DNA of 63,884 nucleotides, counting the filler, from Vannella sp. (Eukaryota): assembly GCA_023345925.1 (NCBI GenBank). It is 7 parts of 7 records of this genome, joined end to end, with 100 filler letters (N's around TTAATTAATTAA, not from the genome) between each part and the next. Parts side by side here need not be neighbours in the genome. Positions count along the whole stretch, not along the records: positions 16,769 to 28,279 come from JAJQQN010000513.1; positions 28,380 to 48,163 come from JAJQQN010001071.1; 5 more parts are not named here. One strand, given 5' to 3'. A program made the position numbers and the translations under genes. Positions 23,969 through 37,307 of the stretch are shown here, piece by piece. Below the pieces are notes generated by a model. That model was not told where the DNA came from and made no database searches. It saw only the letters and a list, made by a program, of their open reading frames with translations. Position 1 is the stretch's first letter, and each line of letters begins with the position of its first letter.

Positions 23969-26596
23969 TTAGCTGTAGTTGTACGAAGAATGATGGTTGC
24001 CGTGACTGCAGCGACGTCCGTTGAGACCTTCTGGCCCAGTTAACCAAGCGACAGTGTTCCAAGTACCACAACGGGCACAGTGCACTTTGTGGCTTCGCAG
24101 GCGCTCGAGAGAATCCTCTTGCTTGCCTACTTTGTCATTGAGTGACATGAAGTGCTCTGTCATCAGACGCATCTGGTCCTCGTAGTTCCTCCGCGTGCTT
24201 TCCAAGTCACTTGAGGCTTTGGCCTGAACCACTTGGGAGGAGGCTATCTGCTCCTCTTGGACCTGTATCTCTGCTCTAGCCTGCGCCAAGGCTTCACAAA
24301 GCTTAGCGTACTCTTGATGGTACTTGAGGGCCTTCTCGTCCACTTCCTCCAGTCGGGAGAGAAGTTGGGCTTTTTGGGTGTTAAAGTGCTGTTTCAGGGC
24401 GCCTTCCCGCTCTCGGTCCTGCATGCTTAACTGAAGAGAGTTCGACTCTACGGCATTCTCGTCGATAACAGTCATTCGGTAAGGGCGGGAGTCGCCAGGA
24501 GCATCGAGAAGTCGAAGTGACTCGCCAATATTCATTTCGGAAGAGAGTGCGGGCTCGCCTTTGGAGGCCTTCTCGGCTGCCTCTTTACATTTCTGTCGAG
24601 TCTCTGTCAGTTCTGTTAAGAGAGCGGCGATTTGGTCCTTCTTTGCTGCCAAAGAGTCTCTTGTTGTGGCCCATTCCCTCAAAACCCGTTCTTTCTCTCT
24701 CATTTCCTCCTCGTAACGCTTCTGGCCTTCAGCGATAGCTTCTTCGTACGATTTCTTGTTGCCTTCCACGGTGCTAATGAAGGTAGCGTTCGAAACGGCT
24801 TGGTGATAGGAAACACTTTCCCATCCTTTTTGGGCTTGTCGGTTGGCCGTGAGCATGAATTGACGGGCTTTTCGTTCAAAATGAAGCTTTTGGCTATCAC
24901 AAGATATGTCTTGGGCAGTACCTCGAATCATGTGCGCCTTTGTGCTCACTAAAATGGACCAAATCTCCTCCGCGTTGGTTTGTACTTGGTGAGAAGCCGT
25001 AAAAAGAGTTACTAATAGTCTCCCAAGTTGTTCGTTGCAGTTTCTATGATCCTCCCGGGCTGAAAGCGCTTCGAACTCGGCTGCTCGCTCATGTGACTTT
25101 GCCAATTCTGCAACTCAGTCAGCTTGAATGTCATTAAAGTCTCTCTCAAGTCGACTTACTCTGCCAGTGAGTGGTTATAACTTGAAGAGACTTCTTCAGA
25201 GAAGAGATCCTCTGTCCCCATTCACTTGGAGAGAGTTGCTCACAAACTGAAATCGGACTTAAAAGAGCTTCGACAGCCCCTTTTAGATCTTCCCAAGCCC
25301 CACAAAGAGAAGCATGTTCATGAGCATGTTCTTGTAACTGTGGAACAACCTGGCGGTGCGGAAACTCAACGCAATTCCGCTGCAATTCACAAATGTTGTG
25401 ATCCGCCAAGACAAGTTCTTCCAATTTCAAAAGAAGCTGCTTTGAAGCCTCTTCTGAGAATTCTCCCAACTCTGATTGGTACTCTTCATGGAGTTGGCGC
25501 GTTGCCAAGCTTATTCCCTCCAAGATTGGGGGAATCGTGCGGAGGGCCGTTTCGAGAGAACGATGAATGACTTTCAGGTCTTTTGCATCATCTAGTGACC
25601 CACTACGGATGATACATGCCTCCCTCTTTGCACGTTCACGATAGTAGTCGCCCATAGCGCCCAGCAGATCGGTCCAGGTAGAGATTCCAGCTTCTCGAGC
25701 CTCCTCGGTCTGGTGTTTGAGGCGGAATCCTTGCGAAGGGAGGTTCCAACGGTTCAGTAACGCATTTCTGGTATCATCCAATACCACTTGCCGCTGTATA
25801 ATGTTGCTGGCCTCCATTAATCTCCCTTGAAGAGCCTGTCGAACCTCCATATTCTCCTCCCGTTGAGCCTCATGGCGTCTTTGAGCTGCATTGAGTTGTT
25901 CTTGTAGATCTGAAACACTCAACTCCTTCTTCTCAAGGTCCTTTTGGATCTCTTGAAGCGTAGAAAGGTGCGTAGCTTCGATTTGGTCGAGGCGACGCTG
26001 ACTGGAGGCAAAGAGAAGCTCCACTTCAGCCAGTTTAGCCTCCAATTGGCTTCTCACTGCTTTAGTCTCTTGCCTTTCTTCGAACAAGCGAATGTGCACG
26101 CGCTCGTTCTCCTCTATCTTCGTCTGCAGCTCTTGGCGGGTGACTTCCAGGCTCTGTTTGACCTTTGATAGCTCTCCCTTGGCCCCTGAAGAGAACCAGC
26201 TGCTCCCTTCCCCTCTTCCTCTCTCCTTGGAGCTAGTTACTAGCCTGCATGGCGTGTCTGGGGCGAGGCGTACCGAAAGATCTTCCTGGAGCTTGGTAAT
26301 GCGCTTGGTAAGGCGCTGATTGTTGAACGTGAGGATCTCGTTGTCTTCTCGTGCTTTCCGGTAGACCATCTCTCGCGCCCTCTCCTCTTGTTGCAGTCGC
26401 TCTGTGACTTCCTTCTCCTGGTGACCAGTTCACCGTCAATCTTGTGCCCTTCTCCCTCACTCTTGATCCCTTCCCCTTCACAACCCACCTCGATGATGGC
26501 CTTCTTCAAGATGGCGTTCTGCTTGCGAACCTTGTTGTATTCTGCCAAAAGTCGCTGGAACTTTGCTGAGAGATCCTCGCCGCCCTCCTCCGCCAT
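23969..26596 (-). CDS. PPP1R21: PPP1R21/KLRAQ coiled-coil protein (FERRY subunit homolog), spliced
   Basis: KFQRLLAEYNKVRKQNAILKKAI, LTFNNQRLTKRI and TRRNYEDQMRLMTEHF match the conserved ends of PPP1R21. Confidence 0.8.
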
Positions 26597-26829
26597 CCAA
26601 ATGAATGACCGACAAGTTGAGGGAACTTAAAATAGCTTTCTTTACACTTCGATCACACAAATGCATTGTCTGTTAGAACCATAAGTCAAGCATGAATTCA
26701 CATCCTCATTCGCCTTTCCACTCTCAAATCGGCACTTTCCGTGACCTTTTGTCCCTTTCACGTTCAAGTTGAAACTTCCCTCGCCAGTGAGGGCCGTGCG
26801 ATCTGGAAGATTGGGAGGGAGGCCTTCAA

Positions 26830-27969
26830 TCAATTGTTCGAGAAACTCCTTTGCTGTTGCCGCACGAGATCCTGGGAAAGCAGAAGCAGCTGCTTTGTGA
26901 CAAGCAAGATCTTGCTCTTCGTTGTCTGCTTATCCGCATGTTGTGTCCATGATGTGAAGCCAACAAAGCGAACATGTTTCATCCTCAATTCAATAGGTTG
27001 GGGATATTGCCATGGAGCTCCTTCTTTCCTCGCCACGGAGGAAGAACAGGCGAAGTGAGCACGCTGAAGTGATGATACTGTGGATCGCGCCAGCTTCAAC
27101 TGCTCCTTTGAGATCCCCAATTCCGCCAACTCACTCACCCCCAGACCCAGCATCCTCTTTCCAGTCATGTCCTGCCCAATCGGGACTGGCCAATCGAGTT
27201 TCATCTCCTTCAGAAGACTTTGAACGTCACTTGAGCTTTGAGAGCCACAAACAGGACAATCATCGAGATGGCCGACCAAGTCCAAGTTGCCTTGTGCAAT
27301 CAATCTTAAATAGGTCACATCGCTCCTTACAAGTCGGTCAGTCACTCCATAGTGGGTGAGAAGTGGCCCGATATCTGAAGAGGAAAGGAAGAAAGAGCCA
27401 TCCACTTCCGCCAGCTTAGAGATGGTGGCTTCATTCAAGCCTCCTGCATTGAACAAAAGTGACAGCTTGGGATACTCAGAATGCTCCAACAGAGAAGAGT
27501 ACAAATAGAGCGGAGTTTGGCTTAAGAGCGTCTCATTCAGTTCCTTTGCCACTGTTTGCACCACTCCAGAAGCCTTAATCAACGGAGCTGAGTTCAGCCT
27601 CTCCAATGCATTGATCTCCTCCTCTTCTTTCCTTAATCTTTCCTTCAGCACCTCCTCTTGAAGGGACATCTTGTTCTGCTCTTCTGCAAGTCTCCTCTGC
27701 TCCTCCGCGTTCGCTTCTAGATTCCTTTGCAGAGCTTCCAGTTCCGTACGATTCTTCTCCGTCTCGGTCTTTCTGCTCTCCGTTATGGCGTCCAAAGACT
27801 CAAGCGCGTTTCTGACAGAGTCCCACGCCGCTGCCAACCTGAACTCTCCACGCAGGAAGCCTGCCGCCACCTCTGATGCTTCCGCCCCCACTGCTCCCAA
27901 TAATGCAGACGCATCTGCAACGTTGATCGCCTCTCGTGTCGCGCTGACCAAGTCCTCTGCCGTCGCCAT
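26830..27969 (-). CDS. Coiled-coil protein with SAM-like domain(s) and a CxxC motif, intronless
   Basis: Coiled coil, then ISKLAEVDGSFFL, CPVC, MTGKRMLGLGVSELAELGI (SAM-like). Confidence 0.5.
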   Translation of the reverse strand: MATAEDLVSATREAINVADASALLGAVGAEASEVAAGFLRGEFRLAAAWDSVRNALESLDAITESRKTETEKNRTELEALQRNLEANAEEQRRLAEEQNKMSLQEEVLKERLRKEEEEINALERLNSAPLIKASGVVQTVAKELNETLLSQTPLYLYSSLLEHSEYPKLSLLFNAGGLNEATISKLAEVDGSFFLSSSDIGPLLTHYGVTDRLVRSDVTYLRLIAQGNLDLVGHLDDCPVCGSQSSSDVQSLLKEMKLDWPVPIGQDMTGKRMLGLGVSELAELGISKEQLKLARSTVSSLQRAHFACSSSVARKEGAPWQYPQPIELRMKHVRFVGFTSWTQHADKQTTKSKILLVTKQLLLLSQDLVRQQQRSFSNN

Positions 27970-28279
27970 CACCCCAGGCCAGCGAAAAAGTGCCCCAATG
28001 TTCGCTTCCCCTTCGGAAAACTCCTGCAGGTGCGGAATCTGCTGATCGCTGGTTTGTTTATCTCCGTTTTGATTTCCAAATCCAACGAAACGAACCTTTT
28101 GGGTCACAGAGAGGAACACCTGAAGCTGGCTCAGCAACATCGTTACTGAGGCCTCTTCTTCACACGTGGCGAGGAAAGAAACGGCTCCTTTGAAGTTTAA
28201 TCGATCTTCACCTCTCCCAGAAGACTCTAAACTTCGCTTGAGCTGTGAGAAGCGGTCCGATATCCGAGGATATGAAGAT

Positions 28280-28379
28280 NNNNNNNNNNNNNNNNNNNNN
28301 NNNNNNNNNNNNNNNNNNNNNNNTTAATTAATTAANNNNNNNNNNNNNNNNNNNNNNNNNNNNNNNNNNNNNNNNNNNN
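28280..28379. other. Artificial contig spacer
   Basis: N44-TTAATTAATTAA-N44. Confidence 0.99.
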
Positions 28380-28576
28380 GTCTGCACTGGCATCTCCTGA
28401 TTGGAAGAATGGAATCCGCCAATCAACATGCAATCTTACCTAAAATACATCCCTCCACACTTCCCTGTGAGGAGAAGATTGCTTTTCCACTCCTTATCCC
28501 ACCTCGGAACTCGCCATGACGCCATCCTGTTCTAAGCACCCTCTTTACTTCAATACACTCACCAAGGATAAAGATG

Positions 28577-28600
28577 GAGAGAGAGAGAGAGAGAGAGAGA
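28577..28600. repeat. (GA)12 microsatellite
   Basis: Read directly. Confidence 0.95.
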
Positions 28601-28662
28601 GCGACCTCGAGTGTTTATCAGCTTCTGAGAGAATAGAGAAGAAAAGAAGAGAAAGAAAAGAA

Positions 28663-29774
28663 TCACTCAGTCTTTTTAAGATTCTTCCAGATAGGAACAA
28701 TCTTAAAGGGTTCTGGGATGGGTTCACCAGGGAAGCAATTGTTCTTGTGGAAGTAGTCCATGAGAACGTCTTTCTCCTGCGTTTCTGATCAGTCCAGCAA
28801 ACACAAAAAAGACGACTTACCTCCCAGCGCTTGAACAACCAAGCTTTGAGACCCTCCTCGTCCTCAGGAAGATCTTTGAGATTGAAGCGTTTGCAGTGAA
28901 TGTGGACTGGATGGTCGTAGTGGCCACATCCCAAGTCCATCAACGTCGGAGGCTCGTGATTGGGACCACCGTAGCCGATGGTCAAATCATAAATCATTGG
29001 AACAAGGTCGCGAAGTCCTTTCACCTGTGCGACAAAGCCTTTCGTGCGTGGCACTAAAAGATGCTCTAAAATAGGCAGTCCATTCGCTTGAGCGTACTCT
29101 TGAGCTAAAGCCAGCTTCTCTGGTGTCACTCTTGTTGCTTCGGGGAAGGTCAATATCCACAAAGGATGTGCAGGCGTCAGCTTGTAGAGCCACTTGAAGG
29201 CTTTGTCAATAGAGGCGCGGTCTTTCTCCCAGTTGCGGTCAAGGAAGATACTGCCAGACATGTAGACGCCAAATCCTAGGCAGGGGATGAACAAGACAGA
29301 CTTCTTAGCGAAGAAGCGCCCAGCTCCTCCCATCCCTTTGCGTAGGCCGACTCCAAAGAGAACAGCCCAGTCCAGTACCCACTGATGATTGGTGATGATG
29401 AACGCATTCTCACGCATAGGGATCTTCTCTCCGTAGAAGACCATAGGGCACTTGGCGTAGTGCTCCAACATCCAAGACTGGTACATATGGAAGGTCTCCT
29501 CCACCGCGTCCACTGCTGCCTGGGCCTTGCGGACACCGCGAATGGGTAGAATGATAACGTAGCATATGGCAGAGATGGTGGATGCAATACCGAGCCAACC
29601 AAAGAAGATCAGAGCGAAGAACACGAGCTTGATCAGGGACACAACGGGGTTCCTCTTCTTCGTGTCGTCCGCCATACCAAATGTGCGCTCCCACCAGATC
29701 TGAAACTCACCTCGCTTCACAGGCTCTTTACCCGAAGCAGCCTCCCGAGGCGCCTGTGCGGCCGTTCGCTGCAT
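28663..29774 (-). CDS. Lysophospholipid acyltransferase (PlsC/LPAAT-LCLAT family)
   Basis: NHQWVLD (HxxxxD), FPEATR, PRTKGF; a last intron gives C-terminal KKTE ER-retrieval signal. Confidence 0.9.
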
Positions 29775-30038
29775 CCCACAAGGGGTTCGCGTGAAATGGT
29801 CCACCTTTTTCCCCTTCGCCCTCTTACTCACCTTCTCACGGGACAGCACAAACCTCCCTAGAAAATTAATTTGCAGGTGAATGGGATGACGGATTGATTG
29901 GCTGACTGGGGAAATGCCTTTTCTTCTGACCAATGGAAAGTGCTGTGATTTGATTGGTTACTGGTTTGTCTGCTGGAAATGCCCTCTGTGACCCTTTTAA
30001 GTATTAACAAGCTCTTTGATTTGTTATTTATTGTAGCC

Positions 30039-33000
30039 ATGAAGGGGGTGGCGTTGGTGCTCCTCTTGGTTTGGGTTGTGGGTGGGAGTGTGGTGTTCGT
30101 GTCTCCTACCGATCGGAGACGGGAGTGCTTGCTCGAAGGAGGTTGTGGAAGTTTCCTTTGCCCTTGCAGTCAGCTGTCGTCGGGGATATTGCGGGGAGCG
30201 GAGGTGTACAACACGACTAAGCTCCCTGTAGAGCTGATTCTCTTCGAGGGAGTCTACTCTGGTTCAGAGAACACTGGCATATTCTTGACATTCCCATGTA
30301 CCATAAGGTGAGAAGACTCGAGTCCTTTGGCAGTGCAAACTCTGATCGCCATCCACAAGAGGGCGAGGCGGAGCCAACTTGACGGTCATTTCCCAGGACG
30401 ACATCCGTGCACAATACTCTGTGTTTAGCGTGGATACTCCCAAGATCAGTGTGACGCTCCGCGGGCTCACTTTCGAAAGATTGGTGGCTGGTCAGCGGCC
30501 GGCGGCTGTAGATGGATACCAATCATCTGTTTCGATAGATCAGTGTGTGTTCCGTCATAATAACGGGCAGCTGATCCGCTGTGGCTTAGCTTCAGATCTA
30601 CGACTGAGCAACTCTCTCGTTTACGAAAATAATGGAACGAACTCTCTTCTAGCCGTCTCTTCAGCCTCCTTTTTTGTATCAAATAGCTCTATCTACGACA
30701 ACAAAGTTGTTAGCCTGTTTGAAGGACGCGAGTTGGCTGCAATTGCGCTTCAAAACGTCACAATAGCGAGGAATCTTGTTTTGGAATCTGGAATGGTTTG
30801 GACTAGGGACTCCAGCGGACGCCAAACAAAGTCTACTATGTATCATTGTCTCTTCGAGAACAACCAGGTTGAGAAACAACTTGTAGCGATGAGCAATGCG
30901 GATATCACTATTCAAAATTGTACTTTCCAACGAAACTTCCACAATGTGGGACCTTCCCTGGCTATCACAGACAGCAGGCTTACTGCAGACAGGATCCTCT
31001 TTTTGAATAATACCGGAATCGTGTCTGTGGATCTCAGAGTAATGTCAGGATCGGCTATACTTCATCAGGTTCATGTTGAAGGCTCAAATTCTGGCCCGTT
31101 AAACTTTAGCACCTCGATCGAGCTATCTGGTGCTTCTACAGAGCTTGAGACAGTCAGCTTTGTTGATTGTTTCCGAGACAGAGGAAGCACTGGCAGACTC
31201 TTGATAATCAGCTCTCCTTCGGTACTTGGAACCGTAGTTAGTATACATAACCTCAGTATTCATTCTTGTGGACAAGAAAGCGATTCTCAAGACCGCTTGG
31301 TTTCCCTCAGAGCGGAGAATAACATGAATGTGACCCTCTCTGAAGCCATCTTCTCCAACTGTCGAGTGAGTTCTCAGGGCAACACTCTCGCTTTAGAATC
31401 AGAAATCAACTCGACTATTGCTATCGATAGGGTATCGTTCTATAATTGCTCAAGAGCGCTGTACGGAACCGGTGCAATGCAGATGAAGAATGTCAATTTC
31501 ACAGGGAGCGGCTCGTCAGATGACTCCTCTGGGACAGCTCTACGATTAAGTGGAGGCAAGCAAAGCATAGAAAACTGCTACATTGGTCATCACACAAGGA
31601 CAGCGGTAGAGCTAACCAGAACAGAGTCTAACTTCTTCGAATGCTTCTTTTTCAATAACTCTGCCATTGAAGAAGGTGGAGCAGTCTCGGTGACCAAATC
31701 ATTTGCATCGTTCACTGGATGTCACTTTGAAACGAATCGGGCTCGGCAAGACGGAGGAGCATTGTATTCTTCTGAAAGCCAGCTGGTATTGCAATCGTCT
31801 ACATTCTTGAATAATACCTCAGTGGGTCAAAACGGAGGTGCCGTTGCGATGGAGAACAAAAATAACGCTCAGATAGATAACTGCACATTTATCTCGAACT
31901 TTGGCAGCTATGGCGGGGCAATAATCCTTCTTGATACAAGTCAGATGAATATGAATCAAGGGCACTTGGAGAGAAACAAAGCTCTCCAAGCAGGAGGAGC
32001 TATCTACATTCAAAACCAGCTCCCGTTCTCCACAACCATTACCAATTCCACTATCATACTGAATGTTTGCCTTCGTGGCTCTGGAGGTGGCATGGCACTT
32101 GGGTTTCTCTCCAGCCCTTTGATTTTCAATTGCTCCTTTTTGCTCAATTCTGCCATCTCAGGAGGAGGTATTGCTATTACAGAGAGCTCAGAGCCTGAAA
32201 TAGTCTCCTCAACCTTTGGCCAGAACACAGCTTCTTCTTCTGGTGGAGGTATAATGATACAAGGCATCTCGAAACCTCTCATTAGCAAGTGCCAGGTGAT
32301 TGAAAACAAAGCCAACAGTACTGGCGGTGGCATCGTCATCAAAGACATCTCTTCGCCAACCATTCTCTTCACTGAAATTGCATCAAATTCCTCTCCTAAC
32401 GAAGGAGGCGGTATCGTATTCACAGACAAATCTCACAGCGTACTCAAGAACTGTACCATCTACAAGAATCAGTCAGGAGGTGGTGGAGGGGGATTCTCTT
32501 TCTCCATTACTGCTTGTGGTGAGTTCACCGGATGTGAGCTCCGCGATAATGTTGGATTGAGCAGTGGCGGTGGAGTATCATTTATCAACTCTTGCACTCC
32601 ATCCTTTAAGGAATGCAGATTCATACATAACACTGCTAGCGAAGGAGGCGGTGTGAGTATGGAAGACACTGCTCACCCCATTTACTTTGAATGCCTCTTC
32701 CAACAGAACATCGCTTACTCTCATGGTGGAGCCGCAGTAGTTACAGACTACTCTTCCAGTTCCTTCAGAAACTGTACTTTCAAGGATAACCTTGCAAATA
32801 ATGGCCGAGGAGGCGTGATGAAGATTGATGATTTTGCAGATGCTCTATTTGAAGATTGTGAGTTCATCAATAATCGTGCAGCAATGGGAGGAGCGTTGTA
32901 CGCCAGTTCGCAAAGAGGTCCTGTTATCAGCCGGGCTCTTTTCTCTGATAATAGAGCCCGGATTAGAGGTGGAGCACTGCTTTTCGCAGGTTCTTCCTTG

Positions 33001-35718
33001 GGAAATCTCCGTGATATCATTATGGAAGGCAACTCAGCTGGTGAAAGCGGGGGAGCTTTGCATATTCAAGATCGAAGTCAGCCATCATTCCTGAATGCGA
33101 CTTTCACTCACAACGAAGTCTACTTTGGTTCTGATGGAGTTGGAGAAGGCGGTGCCTTCACAGTAGAAGGCTCTGCATCACCCAGTTTCTTGAACTGCAC
33201 AGTGGCTTTCAATCGTGGAGTTGCAGGGGGAGGTGCTTCGTTCCACGAGCTAACTCAAAGCTCCCTCGATAATGTCCTATTCAGCAACAACGAAGCCATC
33301 AGAGGTGGTGCATTGTATTACCGAGGGTTCCTTGATAAGATGCAAAACATCACCATATTGGAGAATTTCGCTCACCAGTTTGGAGGAGGAATGTACATGG
33401 AGGCTACTGTAAGCAGTTATAACCAATCAATTTGCACACACTGCACTTTCTTCAATAATACGGCAACTGTCTATGGAGGAGGGCTCTATTTACGGAGTTT
33501 GGTTGACATTTCCAGCTTTACAGAACTGGGGATGGCTCTTCCAGAGGAACGACAATCCAACAGTTCTTCAGACGGCTTCCCTATTAGACTGGCATATTCT
33601 TTTGATAGTCCTGTATTCCTTGGTAACTTTGCACAACGAGGTGCGGGCCTTTTTTCAACAGGAGGAGTCGCATTGATCAATTTTGGACCATCCTGTCTGT
33701 TTGATGATAACACTGCATCTGAGTTTGGCGGAGGAATGTTCATTAACCAGTACCAATTAGCGGAAATCCGCTTTCCTATGTTGTACCAGGCGACATTCCA
33801 GCGAAATAACGCCCATTTTGGTGGAACCAACGTCGCTTGGAACGTTGTTTCGAAGGAGACTGTGGGAGACTTCTGTTACAATTGTTCCTATGGGGAAGCC
33901 TCTGCTTCTTTCTCAGGCTATCAAACACGTGAAGGATTCGCCACTGCCCCGACTCAATTGATTATTCCTCAAAAGTGCCCAACGACACTCAAGGTTTCTC
34001 CTTCAAACTTCACCATCACGACCATCCTGGAGGACTTTTTCGGTACTCCAGTCACTGGGACAATTGACTTGGAGAACAATGTTACTGTGTCGGTCGCTGC
34101 TTTTGGTAATTGCGCTCTCAAAGCCAGCTCCTATCGAGAGGAAGTCGATCCAAATAGTGCCTTGTCTCATTTTGATAACTTATCGATTGAAGGAACCAAT
34201 CAGCAGAGCTGCCAACTTATCTTTAGTGTCCCTAGATCGCCTAATTTACTTATTCCACCAACTTCCTGCAATATCTCGATCTTTGGGTGTCCTGATAACC
34301 AGATAGTGCAGTTGAATGAGGAAACCGGCTTTGACGTATGCGTTCAAGACAGTGAGGAAGGTAACTGGGTCTCTGGAAACGTTATTATCATCCTGTCGTT
34401 GATCGTGTTACTCTTATTGTGCTTTATTGTCGCAGTTATTGGATGTGGCTCTTACAAAGTCATTCGCAAGAGATACGTCAAATTCATTCTGAAGCGCATT
34501 GAGATTCCTGACCTCGAGCGTAAACCAACAGTCTCTCTTGATAGTGTCTTGAATGACCCTGAAATCCCGCATATCCCTTGGGAAGAGCTTATCATTCTCG
34601 ACCGCATAGGAATGGGTGCAAACGGTATCGTTTCCCGGGGTGTCTGGAGGCCGAAGGGAAAGCGCTTAAAGAAGGTAGAAATCGCGTTGAAAGAGCTCCT
34701 GGTGGAGCAAGAGGAACTTCTAAACCCTGTTGTCCTCGAGGAATTTCTTATTGAGATCAAATTCCTCAGCAAACTTAACCATGCCAATGTAGTCAAGTTC
34801 CTCGGAATCTCCTCTCCCACAGGAACCACAAAACTCTACCTCATCACTGAATTGATGCACTTTGGGTCTCTGCGGGATGTTCTTGACCGCAACAGTACCC
34901 TTCCGTGGGCCCTTCGCCTGAAGCTAGCGAAAGATGCAGCAAAAGGAATGAGTTACCTTCACAAACGCAAGCTCATCCATCGTGACTTGAAGTCCCAGAA
35001 TTTGCTGGTCAACGAGACTTGGACTTGTAAAATTGCCGACTTTGGTATCAGCACAGTAAAGGAGGCTCAGACTCGTACAATGACTTGCATTGGTACACCA
35101 ACATACATGGCCCCAGAAGTCTTAGGCAAAGCCAAGTACTCGGAGAAGGCAGACGTATTCTCCTTTGGGATTCTCTTGGTGGAACTCTACTCCGGACGAG
35201 TTCCTTACTCTTCCAACAAGTTCGCCGCTCTTAATCAAGCACAACTGATGTACCGAATCTGTAGCGAGAACGCGCGACCAGAAATAAGTGACTTACCCGA
35301 ACCACTCCGAGAGCTTGTCAATGATTGTTGGAATCTGGACCCAAAGCTCCGCCCTTCCTTCCAAGAGATTATCATCCGTTTGCGTCGATTGAAGCATCTT
35401 AGACCTGAAAGCTTCTCGATAGATGACTCTGATGCAAGCACGCCCAATCCATTTAACCGGATTCTGGCCGAGGCGGAAGCTCAGGCAATGGCGGACTCGG
35501 TGACAGAGGACTCTTTCCTTCTTCACCACAATCCAATGAGCTCTCGGTCTCGTTGCCACTCTGATCGCATCGAAAACATAATCGGGAACCTTCGCACTGA
35601 CTCGACAACCTTGTCTTTAGAGCTCGACTGCTCCGACACTGAAGTAGGTTCTGTTGGCTCCCTCTCCAGCAACCTCTCAGATGCACCCCCAAAACGAGAT
35701 CATTATTCAATTCAGTGA
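30039..35718 (+). CDS. Receptor-like TKL kinase with parallel beta-helix (GGA[ILV]/FxxN repeat) ectodomain
   Basis: Signal peptide MKGVALVLLLVWVVG, intron near 30308, many N.A..GGA repeats, TM IIILSLIVLLLLCFIVAVIG, GMGANG, HRDLKSQN, DFG, YMAPE. Confidence 0.92.
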
Positions 35719-35882
35719 CTTTACACTTCTACTGAACTTATCAGCTCCATTAAACCCACCAAGAGGTCTCAAAGAAACTCAATTCCGGCAAGTCACTTTG
35801 GATGAGTCCCCTGATTCTTGGCTGAGTGGTTCAGAAGGAGGGATCTTTGGTTGATGTTTGTGCTTGCGGGATATTGGGAAGG

Positions 35883-36464
35883 TCAAAGCCAAAAGAACAT
35901 CCAACGGAAGAGGAAGAAGAAGCGGGAGTAGAGAATGAAAAGGATGACGAGTGCGTAGAAGCCTCCAGCAAGGGCTATGAAGGCTACATCAGAGTATTCT
36001 CGACGCTTCATCTTGCTACGGATACCAGACGCCAGCTTGGTCTCGTCCTTGTAGACGTGTTGCTCGTCCAAAGTGCTTGCGATGACTTTGTTGCTCTCAG
36101 CGAGCTTTTCGAGCGTCTTTCCGGAGCGCTCAAGCTCTCTTTCTAACAAGATCTTGGTTCTACGTAGTGATTCAGTGATAGACTCGGCCGCCTGTAGAGC
36201 ATCCTCTTGTTGTCGGCGTTTGCGCTCATGAATGATCTCGTCCTTGTCTCTCAGCAGCTCTCCACGGTCCAACTGCAGCTGAGCTTGCTTCCTGCGTCTC
36301 ATTTCCTTTCGTAGTTCCTTTTGTGAGGCCAGAGAGAGCGTAGAGAGCTCTAAAAGAGGGTCCTCCATCCCGTCCCTCCCCAACAACTCCCAAAGAATGA
36401 TCCAATCTTGATACCAACCATCCCAAACACCGTCAGAAGAGTAAGTAACAGGTTTAGAGCTCAT
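35883..36464 (-). CDS. SEC20: Sec20/BNIP1-family SNARE
   Basis: AESITESLRRT...ELERS..TLEKLAES motif and C-terminal TM; start codon uncertain (36464 or 36368). Confidence 0.8.
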   Translation of the reverse strand: MSSKPVTYSSDGVWDGWYQDWIILWELLGRDGMEDPLLELSTLSLASQKELRKEMRRRKQAQLQLDRGELLRDKDEIIHERKRRQQEDALQAAESITESLRRTKILLERELERSGKTLEKLAESNKVIASTLDEQHVYKDETKLASGIRSKMKRREYSDVAFIALAGGFYALVILFILYSRFFFLFRWMFFWL

Positions 36465-36484
36465 GAAAGAAGAAGGGGAGCCAT

Positions 36485-36931
36485 TCAGTCGTCCTTGGGG
36501 ACGAATCGGTCGCGTGCTTCCTCGTTGAACTGAAGGAAGCGTCGTTTAGTATCTGGAGTGAAAACACGACAAGACTCTGCTTTGCGACCGAAGAAACGGT
36601 AGCGATTGCCCGCCACACGAGCGTAGCAGAAGTCCCGAAAGACTGCGGGGACGAGTAGGAACGCCAGCACAGGGCGCCAGACGCCGCCCATATGCGCAAT
36701 AGTTCGTATCACGGCAGTAGAATGTAGGTACACCCTTCCCTGATGCACCATCGCAAGCGTGTCGAGATTGGTGACAATGCCGTGATGCCGCATGAACTTC
36801 TCCCCCACAGGAGACTGCTGAGAAGCGAACAGCAGCTTCCCTTTGGCATCTCGATCAATCAAGAAGTTCACTGATCCATTACAAAGGTTGCACTCTCCAT
36901 CAAACAGCACAACAGCCCGGTCGTCCTCCAT
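36485..36931 (-). CDS. DCC1-like thiol-disulfide oxidoreductase (DUF393), copy 1
   Basis: LFDGECNLC (DxxCxxC), FASQQS, NRYRFFGR. Confidence 0.9.
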   Translation of the reverse strand: MEDDRAVVLFDGECNLCNGSVNFLIDRDAKGKLLFASQQSPVGEKFMRHHGIVTNLDTLAMVHQGRVYLHSTAVIRTIAHMGGVWRPVLAFLLVPAVFRDFCYARVAGNRYRFFGRKAESCRVFTPDTKRRFLQFNEEARDRFVPKDD

Positions 36932-37307
36932 CTCCCCTAAAACTGCTCTTTTCCAGTCCAAGTCCGTCCCAGTCCACCCCCTAGGAAGTGATTCGCTTTC
37001 CTACAGGCTCCTCGTATCCACCAGAAAGAGAATCCTTGGGAGACCCAATTTGGGACTCTTCCAAGAAGCAGCGCTTTCTACTCGTGTGCCAAGCACGACC
37101 AGAAATGTTGTGTACAAGTGGTTGCTGGACACGAGGATGGGTGAAAGGGAATTGCAGGTCCAAGGACGTCTCCAAAGGTGGCATTGTGAGGAAGATTCGA
37201 CCTGCTTCGAGGAAGTTAGTGGGAAAGTGTTGGGTTGAAAAAGCTCAAGCTCTCTCCTTCTATCTAGTGTTTCTCCCTTGGTGGTAGCAAGCAACCTCAT
37301 TGCCTGA

